61,586 nt of DNA from the NCBI GenBank assembly GCA_035293285.1, contig DATDOM010000084.1, positions 1 through 61,586 of the forward strand, read 5' to 3'. The stretch is from Candidatus Nanoarchaeia archaeon (GTDB lineage Archaea; Nanobdellota; Nanobdellia; Woesearchaeales; GW2011-AR4). This document shows, piece by piece, positions 21,211 to 28,105 of the stretch (position 1 is the first letter of the stretch; each line of letters opens with the position of its first letter). The position numbers were made by a program, and so were the translations under genes. Under the pieces are notes generated by a model. The model was not told the DNA's origin, did not search any database, and saw only the letters and a list, made by a program, of their open reading frames with translations.

Positions 21211-21287
21211 TTATTATTTTTTCTTATATATCTAAAAAATTTCAGCAATTCTCCAAATCATATCTTTTTATGATTATGAATCAAACT

Positions 21288-22514
21288 CTAATTTAGTAAT
21301 TCTCCAAGAAATATATTATGCTTGGTTCGCTTTATCTTTAATCTTACCTTGGAACCTATGTCTTTATAGCAATTAGGGACTGAAATAAGCCTTTCCTTTG
21401 CCAAAGCAAGCTTTTCATTGCCTATCCTTCCTGGCAGCACAACCTCTGCTTCTATAATATTGTCTTTCTTGAATGGTTTTGGATACTCCGGCAAGTCTTC
21501 GATTTCAAAGGACATCTTGTCTATAAGGAGTTTAATGTTGTGCTCTTTTTCAAGTTCTTTCATTTTGTTGTAGAATACCTCCATCGGCACTTCTTCAATC
21601 GGATTCCTGCCAAGCTTGTAGTTTAGCATGTTTTGAATGCCTATTGGTGGACAGTTTTTGCCGGCACCAATTTCCTTGGCAAATTTGGCTAATTTAGGCA
21701 TTTCTTCATCATTATAACCGGGCATCCAGACCGGAACTATTATCAAGTCTATTTTTGTTTTTGGAATATACCTTGCGATTTCAATAACCTTGTCAAGATT
21801 GTAAGGATAGCCTGCAAGCTGGTTTGCTTTTTCTTTATCAAGAGCATGCAATGACAAGTTAATTCTTGTAAGGCCTGCATTGGCAAGCTCATCCACAAGC
21901 TGCTTATTCAACAGAAGCCCATTTGTGTCAATAGAGCTTGTTTTGACTCCTTTTATTGACATGACGTCTCTTACAAGCTCAACCAAATCAGAATACAAAG
22001 TAGGCTCGCCTTGCGCGTTTATATGGGCATCAATCTTGTTGCTTTTCTTAAACTCAACAATTTTTTTGAACTCCTGCACCAAATAATCCTTTTCAACGAC
22101 ATAATCAACCCTTCTTTTGGATTTTGGCCCTTCATCAACAGAACAAAATATGCAGCTTATGTTGCAGCTCGTTATTGGCTTTATCTCAATTATGTTGCTT
22201 CCCCTGTCAATTATCCCAAAATAGTTGGTGCCGATTAATGGAATTCCTGAAGACTTGTGGATATAAACTGTTGTCTTGTTATTGAGCCTGTTTTTCAGGT
22301 TTTTAAACCCATTAAATAGGAGGTAATTGAACCTGTTCTGGGCATTGTGCTCAGACATTCCCTTAAACGATACACTGTTTTTTGTTATTTGATAAGGTCC
22401 TATGTTTCTAAGCTCCTCATCGCCAAGGAAAAAATAGAAAATCTTGAGAAAATTGACTTTTATCTTGTCTTCTGCTCTCTCAAAAGACAAGTCCTTGAAT
22501 GTTAATTCTGCCAT
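21288..22514 (-). CDS. radical SAM protein (archaeal COG2100-like) with C-terminal beta-barrel-like tail
   Basis: The CNISCIFC motif (CxxxCxxC) is followed by TIM-barrel-like GEPTLY and INLSLHA segments. Confidence 0.65.
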   Translation of the reverse strand: MAELTFKDLSFERAEDKIKVNFLKIFYFFLGDEELRNIGPYQITKNSVSFKGMSEHNAQNRFNYLLFNGFKNLKNRLNNKTTVYIHKSSGIPLIGTNYFGIIDRGSNIIEIKPITSCNISCIFCSVDEGPKSKRRVDYVVEKDYLVQEFKKIVEFKKSNKIDAHINAQGEPTLYSDLVELVRDVMSIKGVKTSSIDTNGLLLNKQLVDELANAGLTRINLSLHALDKEKANQLAGYPYNLDKVIEIARYIPKTKIDLIIVPVWMPGYNDEEMPKLAKFAKEIGAGKNCPPIGIQNMLNYKLGRNPIEEVPMEVFYNKMKELEKEHNIKLLIDKMSFEIEDLPEYPKPFKKDNIIEAEVVLPGRIGNEKLALAKERLISVPNCYKDIGSKVRLKIKRTKHNIFLGELLN

Positions 22515-22554
22515 TTAATATAGCGGGGAATACATTTTTAAAAAGGTATCTGGT

Positions 22555-22929
22555 TTAAAAACCCGTTATATGAGTTACCCCGGATAACGTTGCACCCATA
22601 AAATGCGGCCTTTTATATTTCCCAAATGGATTGTATAATTCGAGAGTTTCATAAACCGTGTTTTTCATGCCCCTAAGGCTTAGGTATTCTAACGGATTAG
22701 TAGCCAGTTTTACAGTATATTTTATACCTGCCCCCAATGTTTTTGCGCCAAAATAAAAAAGTGCAGACATCCCGGCAACAATACCTGCCGGATAGCCTGC
22801 TGCTATCGCCAACAAACCAACTTTTACTGCCTTGCTTGAACTGTAAGCTGAAACTAAAAAATCCCAAATCCCGGATTTTTTGTCGCTTTCCGTTTTGCTT
22901 ATCTTACCTTCAAGTGTTTCAGCTTCCAT
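22555..22929 (-). CDS. small membrane protein, unknown function
   Basis: 124-codon ORF with a glycine-rich hydrophobic core: VGLLAIAAGYPAGIVAGMSALFYFGAKTLGAG. Confidence 0.4.
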   Translation of the reverse strand: MEAETLEGKISKTESDKKSGIWDFLVSAYSSSKAVKVGLLAIAAGYPAGIVAGMSALFYFGAKTLGAGIKYTVKLATNPLEYLSLRGMKNTVYETLELYNPFGKYKRPHFMGATLSGVTHITGF

Positions 22930-23015
22930 AATATTGGGAATCTAATCCACGTCTTAAATTTTAGTTGTTGTATACTACCACAACATTTATAAAAAAGAGC
23001 GATGTTAGACAAAAC

Positions 23016-23741
23016 ATGATAGAAGAAATTATGGTAAAACTTGGCTTTAGCCCCTCAGAAATCAAAATTTATCTGCATTTGCTGAAAACCGGCAGCAGCT
23101 ATGCCAATAAGATAAGCTTTGAGACAAAAATAAACAGGACAAATGTCTACGAAGCATTGGACAGGTTAGCTGCCAAAGGAGTTATTTCGCATATATCTAA
23201 GAACAAAGTCAAATGGTATGAGGCGACTAATCCGGATTCATTAATTACATTTGTTACAGAAAAGGAGGAAGAATTAAATATCACAAAGAAGGAACTTTTA
23301 ATCAGTATAAAAGACGTGGAAAGACTAATAGACGTTGACAAAACACCACTTGAAGCTTCAATTTTTACCGGAAAAAAAGGATTAAGAATGCTTTTTGAAG
23401 ATATAATCCGGGCCCAAAAGCCTATTTCATTGATAGCTGCAGAGCTGCAATTTAGGGATTTTTTTGGCCCATATTTTGAGCTTTGGCATAAAAAAAGAAT
23501 CGAGAAAAAGATAATGCAGAGGACAATCTTCCCTATGAGAGTTAAAAATAAAGTGGAAAAAAGAAAATTTTTGCAATACAAATTTGCAGATTATAAATTT
23601 ACAAACCCGACCACTACAATAATTTACGGTAATAATTGCTTATTTATCCAGTGGTCCAAAGAACCGATTGCAGTTAAAATTACAAATAAAGAAATCGCCA
23701 AATCACATTTAAATTATTTTGATGTTTTGTGGGTTTCTTAA
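23016..23741 (+). CDS. TrmB-family transcriptional regulator
   Basis: LGFSPSEIKIYLHLLKTGSSYANKISFETKINRTNVYEALDRLAAKGVISHI is a winged HTH. The start is set at the internal ATG (MIEEIMVKLGF). Confidence 0.7.
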   Translation: MIEEIMVKLGFSPSEIKIYLHLLKTGSSYANKISFETKINRTNVYEALDRLAAKGVISHISKNKVKWYEATNPDSLITFVTEKEEELNITKKELLISIKDVERLIDVDKTPLEASIFTGKKGLRMLFEDIIRAQKPISLIAAELQFRDFFGPYFELWHKKRIEKKIMQRTIFPMRVKNKVEKRKFLQYKFADYKFTNPTTTIIYGNNCLFIQWSKEPIAVKITNKEIAKSHLNYFDVLWVS

Positions 23742-24028
23742 CTTTTTCTTAATCTGCTTTATTTTTTGATATAAAACTCATCTCATAAAAGCCGTTTTTG
23801 ATAAAAATAGTGCGCTCTCGTTGAGTGTCTACAAGCCATTTCTGGACCGGGGGCGAATGCACAGTAAATATAGGATATAATGACTTAGAAAAAGCCTTGG
23901 ATTGCATAATGACCAAGAGCGGCATCACAATGTTTTTGTCCAAATGGAAACTCTACACTTAGGGTGCGTGAGGTCAGATTTCCAACTTACACTGATTAAT
24001 AAGTTATTTAAGCGCAAATCTATTTACT

Positions 24029-24904
24029 ATGCCTATGGATCAAAAAGACATAAAGAAAATAGAAAATGTTGTCTTAATATCCGCAATAGTTCTTGTACTT
24101 ATTGGGGTGGTGGAGATTATTGTAGGCTACTACGTAAATAGCGTTGGCCTTATAGCAGATGGGACAGACTCAATAAGCGATTCTGTCATTTCATTTATGG
24201 TTTGGTTTGGGCTTCGGATTTCAAGAAAAAGGGCAAACAAAAAATTTCATTTTGGCTATTACAGGGTTGAAACTCTGGTCTCATTTATAGTCGCAATTCT
24301 CATGATTGCAATGAGTATCTACATCATTTACAATGAATATTTAAGACTGAAAAACCCTGTTGAGCTGGATTACCCGATTATAGGGATGATCACCTTGGTA
24401 GCAGGCGGATTTATTTCGTTTTATTTGTCCATTATTAAAACCAGGCTTGCAAAAAAATATAAACTGCTTTCACTTGATGCAGACGCAAAGACCTCTACAA
24501 AGGACTGGACAAGCTCATTTGTCATACTAGTCGGAGTTTTTCTCTCCTACCTTGGATTCACATGGGGTGATGCGATAGGAGCTTTTATTGTCTCTATATA
24601 CATTATGTATATGGCTATCTCAATAATAAAGCAGGCTTCCTTGATTCTTATTGACGGATTTAATAATCCGGAACTCATGAAAGATATTGCGAGAATAATC
24701 CAAAAATACCCTACAGTTAAGATCAAGGAGATGAAGCTGAGGATGACAGGCCCCTACATAACGGGCGAGATAGTTATAAGCGTGGACAATGATATGACGA
24801 TAAAAGACGCTTACTTAATCAAGAAGAAGATAGAACATCAGATTATGGAAAGAATAGACGGCGTCAAGGACTTGACCATTCTTGCAGACCCTGAAAATTC
24901 TTGA
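24029..24904 (+). CDS. cation diffusion facilitator (CDF) family metal efflux transporter
   Basis: Six predicted TM helices, a DGTDSISDS motif in TM2, and a C-terminal cytoplasmic domain with ...GEIVISVD.... Confidence 0.8.
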   Translation: MPMDQKDIKKIENVVLISAIVLVLIGVVEIIVGYYVNSVGLIADGTDSISDSVISFMVWFGLRISRKRANKKFHFGYYRVETLVSFIVAILMIAMSIYIIYNEYLRLKNPVELDYPIIGMITLVAGGFISFYLSIIKTRLAKKYKLLSLDADAKTSTKDWTSSFVILVGVFLSYLGFTWGDAIGAFIVSIYIMYMAISIIKQASLILIDGFNNPELMKDIARIIQKYPTVKIKEMKLRMTGPYITGEIVISVDNDMTIKDAYLIKKKIEHQIMERIDGVKDLTILADPENS

Positions 24905-25025
24905 TGCTTCGCGTGTGTATACTGATTTTTAATATTTCTTTGTCTTTGGGCGTATAATTGGGTAAACTTATAGCTAATTTCAATCCATTAGTTAATATGT
25001 TAACGTCTTTTTCTTAATCAAAACC

Positions 25026-25033
25026 TATTTAAA
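25026..25033 (+). promoter_or_regulatory. TATA box (TATTTAAA) for the GINS-like gene
   Basis: The box centre lies about 34 nt upstream of the ATG at 25064. Confidence 0.4.
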
Positions 25034-25063
25034 CTTTAGAGAATACTGTTGCTATGAACGGGG

Positions 25064-25714
25064 ATGGTACAGGAAGTTGTAATTACTTATGAAACCCTTT
25101 TTGAGCTGTTAAAAAGGGAAAAAGAAAGAATCGAGCTGCAGAAGCTTGAGCCTACTTTTTTTTCCGATACGATAAGCTACATAAAGGAAAAGAAAAAAAT
25201 TCTTGAGGCAAAAAGCGATGACTCGGTTTTTGCGGGCGATGAACGGAAAAAAACAGAAAAGCAGCTTGAAAACATCTTTCGGATTCTTAAAGAACTTTAT
25301 GAAAGAAGGGAAAAGAAAATAGTTACAATTGCCCTTGATAAAAGCAGGCTTAAGTCGAATCTTATTGATACTTCCTCACTTTTAAAAGAGGAAAAAGTCC
25401 TTTTTGATGCGCTTAACAATATTTTTAACACATACAGGGAAGCAATTCTTTTCAGTGTTTTAAATGAAGAAGAGCCTTTTATGAGGCCGATTGAGCATAG
25501 GCAAATGGAAACTCAAAAGCCGCAGGAAACACATCAGGCTCCAAAGAAAAACACAAAACTTGTGAGATTCACACATAAAGTGCCTAAATTTGTCGGGCCC
25601 GAGCTTGAAGAATACGGGCCATTTGAAGAGGAAGACATTGCAAACCTTCCAGTTGAAATTGCTGAAGTTTTGCTGTCAAAAGGAAAAGTGGAAGAAATAA
25701 ACGAAGACGAGTGA
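25064..25714 (+). CDS. GINS-family (Gins51-like) replication protein candidate
   Basis: The N-terminal ITYETLFELLKREKERIELQKLEPTFF and the C-terminal VRFTHKVPKFVGPELEEYGPFEEEDIANLPVEIAEVLLSKGKVEEI match the pattern I associate with archaeal GINS subunits. Confidence 0.5.
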   Translation: MVQEVVITYETLFELLKREKERIELQKLEPTFFSDTISYIKEKKKILEAKSDDSVFAGDERKKTEKQLENIFRILKELYERREKKIVTIALDKSRLKSNLIDTSSLLKEEKVLFDALNNIFNTYREAILFSVLNEEEPFMRPIEHRQMETQKPQETHQAPKKNTKLVRFTHKVPKFVGPELEEYGPFEEEDIANLPVEIAEVLLSKGKVEEINEDE

Positions 25715-25720
25715 TTTAAT

Positions 25721-26227
25721 TTATTTAAAATATTTTTCAACTTCTGGCGGGAGTGGCGTGCCTGAGTTTATGTGTTCTTTGAGAATAACTCTTAATTCCA
25801 GACCTTCATTGGCAGTGCGCTCAAGCTCATCTCGCGTAAAATTACTATTTTCCATGATAAACCCGGCCACGTATGCGTTTTTTAAGGCATTGTAGTTGGA
25901 TTCCTCAACTGAACCTGGCTCAAATCTTTTTCTTTCGTTCCTGAAAAGATAATCAGATACCCTCTCCATTAAATTTCTGAGACGCTCCTCTTTATGACCT
26001 CTGTCATATCCAATACTGTGACCGTGTAATGCAGCAAGCGGATAAACAAATCCGCCGGAGACCAGAGCTCCAACAATTATTCCAATCATTAATCCTCTTT
26101 TTGGAGACACTTCCTTTTTCTCTTTATACGGCATTTGTACTTCATAAATTGGCATATAACTGGTAATCCACGGCCTTATATAAATTTTTTTAACTAATGT
26201 TTGGCCCGAGTGAAAAAGACGCTGCAT
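25721..26227 (-). CDS. hypothetical single-pass membrane protein
   Basis: 168-codon ORF with one TM helix (LMIGIIVGALVSGGFVYPLAAL). The true start may be an internal Met. Confidence 0.4.
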   Translation of the reverse strand: MQRLFHSGQTLVKKIYIRPWITSYMPIYEVQMPYKEKKEVSPKRGLMIGIIVGALVSGGFVYPLAALHGHSIGYDRGHKEERLRNLMERVSDYLFRNERKRFEPGSVEESNYNALKNAYVAGFIMENSNFTRDELERTANEGLELRVILKEHINSGTPLPPEVEKYFK

Positions 26228-26233
26228 AATAAT

Positions 26234-26304
26234 TAGGCCGCACCATTAGTGCGGCGAATATTCATCTTCAAACCCGCACATTCGCCTGCATTTGAGCGAA
26301 AGTT
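26234..26304 (+). repeat. intergenic structured repeat, family B copy 3 (divergent)
   Basis: TAGGCC is followed by a perfect hairpin GCCGCAC-CATTA-GTGCGGC, then GCACATTCGCC..CATTTG.GCGAAAGTT. The order and spacing match copies 1 and 2. Confidence 0.55.
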
Positions 26305-26316
26305 AATGCTTATTTC

Positions 26317-26414
26317 GTGGATGAACACCGAATGCAGAGGGAAAAACTCATGAGAAGTGTGAGTTTTTACCTTTGTGAGTAGGGTTTTCACAAAGAAAAC
26401 CCGTGTGTGAATCC
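26317..26414 (+). repeat. intergenic structured repeat, family D copy 1
   Basis: Aligns with 38974-39069. It has a closing helix GGATGAACAC/GTGTGAATCC, a long hairpin CAGAGG-G-AAAAACTCA/TGAGTTTTT-A-CCTTTG and a hairpin GGGTTTT/AAAACCC. Confidence 0.8.
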
Positions 26415-26574
26415 TAAATTTAGAAATTTTTAGCGTTAAATTAATGAGCCGCCTATCTATCGCGGAGCTTATTTTAGAATAATTTGCAAATCTAAAACCA
26501 TCTGTAAAACTAATGTTTTCACTTAATTTTTGAGATAGGTACGAAAGAAATTCCAAATACCTTATTAGAAAGCT

Positions 26575-26582
26575 TTTTAAAT
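26575..26582 (+). promoter_or_regulatory. TATA box (AAAGC-TTTTAAAT) for the rpl44e operon
   Basis: The box centre lies about 26 nt upstream of the ATG at 26604, implying a leaderless transcript. Confidence 0.5.
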
Positions 26583-26603
26583 GAACTAACACTTCTTCTC
26601 GTT

Positions 26604-26912
26604 ATGAAAATGCCTAAAATTATGAAAAGATATTGCCCTCACTGCAAAAAGCACACAGAGCATAGCGTTTATCAGAACAAGAAAAAAAATCCGTCAAGCC
26701 TTACATACGGCTCGAAATTCAGGGCTAGAAAAAGAGGCCAGGCGAGAGGAAGAGGAAACCTCGGAAGATATTCAAAACCTGCTATAAGCAAGTTCAAGAT
26801 GACCGGAAAGAAATCCACAAAAAAGACTGACTTTAGGTATGAGTGCAAGACATGCAAAAAAGTCCAGGTTCAGAGAAAGGGATTCCGTGCAAAAAAAATA
26901 GAATTCAAGTGA
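26604..26912 (+). CDS. rpl44e: 50S ribosomal protein L44e (eL42)
   Basis: [20 protein letters not shown]...CKTCKK: a zinc-ribbon r-protein of typical length. Confidence 0.9.
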   Translation: MKMPKIMKRYCPHCKKHTEHSVYQNKKKNPSSLTYGSKFRARKRGQARGRGNLGRYSKPAISKFKMTGKKSTKKTDFRYECKTCKKVQVQRKGFRAKKIEFK

Positions 26913-26917
26913 TTACT

Positions 26918-27103
26918 ATGGCAAGAATAAAAGAACCGACAAGCAAATTCATAAAGATAAGATGCCCTAAGTGCAAGAATGAGCAGATAACTTTTGGAAA
27001 GACTTCTACAAAAGTTGACTGCCTTGTATGCGGAAAGACACTTGCAGAACCAACTGGCGGCAAAAGCCGGGTCAAGGCAAGAATACTTGAAGTCCTGGAG
27101 TGA
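26918..27103 (+). CDS. rps27e: 30S ribosomal protein S27e
   Basis: [49 protein letters not shown] has a C4 zinc ribbon. The start is at the internal ATG at 26918. Confidence 0.9.
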   Translation: MARIKEPTSKFIKIRCPKCKNEQITFGKTSTKVDCLVCGKTLAEPTGGKSRVKARILEVLE

Positions 27104-27149
27104 CCCATTTACTTTTTATTTTAATTGATTCATCCTATTATATTTCAAA

Positions 27150-27935
27150 ATGCTTTTTAAGAAACAGGGATTTCCAGAAGACGGCGAATTAGTTCTTTGT
27201 ACAGTCACAAGTGTCCAATTTCATTCTGTTTTTGTTGATATTGATGATTATGCGCGTGGCGGCATGATACATATTTCTGAGGTTTCTCCCGGAAGAATAA
27301 GAAACATACGTGATTTTGTAAAGGAAGGCAAAAAAGTTGTCTGCAAAGTCCTTAGAATCAATGAAGAGAAAGGATACATTGACCTGTCATTAAGGAGAGT
27401 AAACGAGACAGAGAAGCGGAGGAAAATTGAGCAGGTCAAACGGGAGCAGAATGCAGAGAAAATTGTGGAAATGACTGCTGAAAAGCTTGGGCTGAAAACG
27501 CAGGAACTCTACAGCAAAATACACGAAAAAATGGCTGAAAATTACAGCTCACTTTATGCGCTATTTGAGGAAGCATCAAAGGATGATTCAGTGCTAAAAA
27601 AATTAAAGCTTGAGGACAAGTATACTGAACCGCTTTTAAGCGCAATAAAACTCAGAATAAAGCCTTCAGAAGTCGAAATAAAAGGCTCAATGAAAATCAC
27701 AACATACGCCCAAAACGGCGTTGAAATGATTAAAAGCTCGCTAAAAAAAGCAGATGAGCTTGGCAAAGGACAGCTTTCAATAAATTATCTTGGCTCAGGC
27801 ACATACAGATTTTTGGTGAAGGCCAAAGATTACAAGGAAGCTGAAAAAATAATGGAAGTTTCAACGACAAGCGTCATAAGCTTCATTTCAAAAAACTTGG
27901 GCGTTGCAGAATTCAAAAGGGAATCTGAAAAATGA
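27150..27935 (+). CDS. eif2a: translation initiation factor aIF2 alpha subunit
   Basis: The N-terminal S1 domain is GELVLCTVTSVQFHSVFVDID...GMIHISEVSPGRIRNIRDFVKEGKKVVCKVLRI...IDLSLRRV, followed by helical and alpha-beta domains. Confidence 0.9.
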   Translation: MLFKKQGFPEDGELVLCTVTSVQFHSVFVDIDDYARGGMIHISEVSPGRIRNIRDFVKEGKKVVCKVLRINEEKGYIDLSLRRVNETEKRRKIEQVKREQNAEKIVEMTAEKLGLKTQELYSKIHEKMAENYSSLYALFEEASKDDSVLKKLKLEDKYTEPLLSAIKLRIKPSEVEIKGSMKITTYAQNGVEMIKSSLKKADELGKGQLSINYLGSGTYRFLVKAKDYKEAEKIMEVSTTSVISFISKNLGVAEFKRESEK

Positions 27936-28105
27936 GGCACATATTCAGATGCACTCACTGCAAAAAATTCACAATGAGTGAAATCTGCACCTGCAGCAGT
28001 CCAACTTTGTCGATAAAACCCTTGAAATACTCGCCGGATGACAAATTCGGCGCCTACAGGAGAAAATCCAAAGGAGAGGAATACAAAAAAAGAGGGCTTT
28101 TATGA
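27932..28105 (+). CDS. nop10: H/ACA RNP protein Nop10 (57 codons, absent from the ORF track)
   Basis: My own translation gives MRHIFRCTHCKKFTMSEICTCSSPTLSIKPLKYSPDDKFGAYRRKSKGEEYKKRGLL. It has a zinc-ribbon-like CxxC...CxC followed by P.K.SPDD..G.YRR. ATGA overlaps link it to both neighbours. Confidence 0.8.
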   Translation: MRHIFRCTHCKKFTMSEICTCSSPTLSIKPLKYSPDDKFGAYRRKSKGEEYKKRGLL

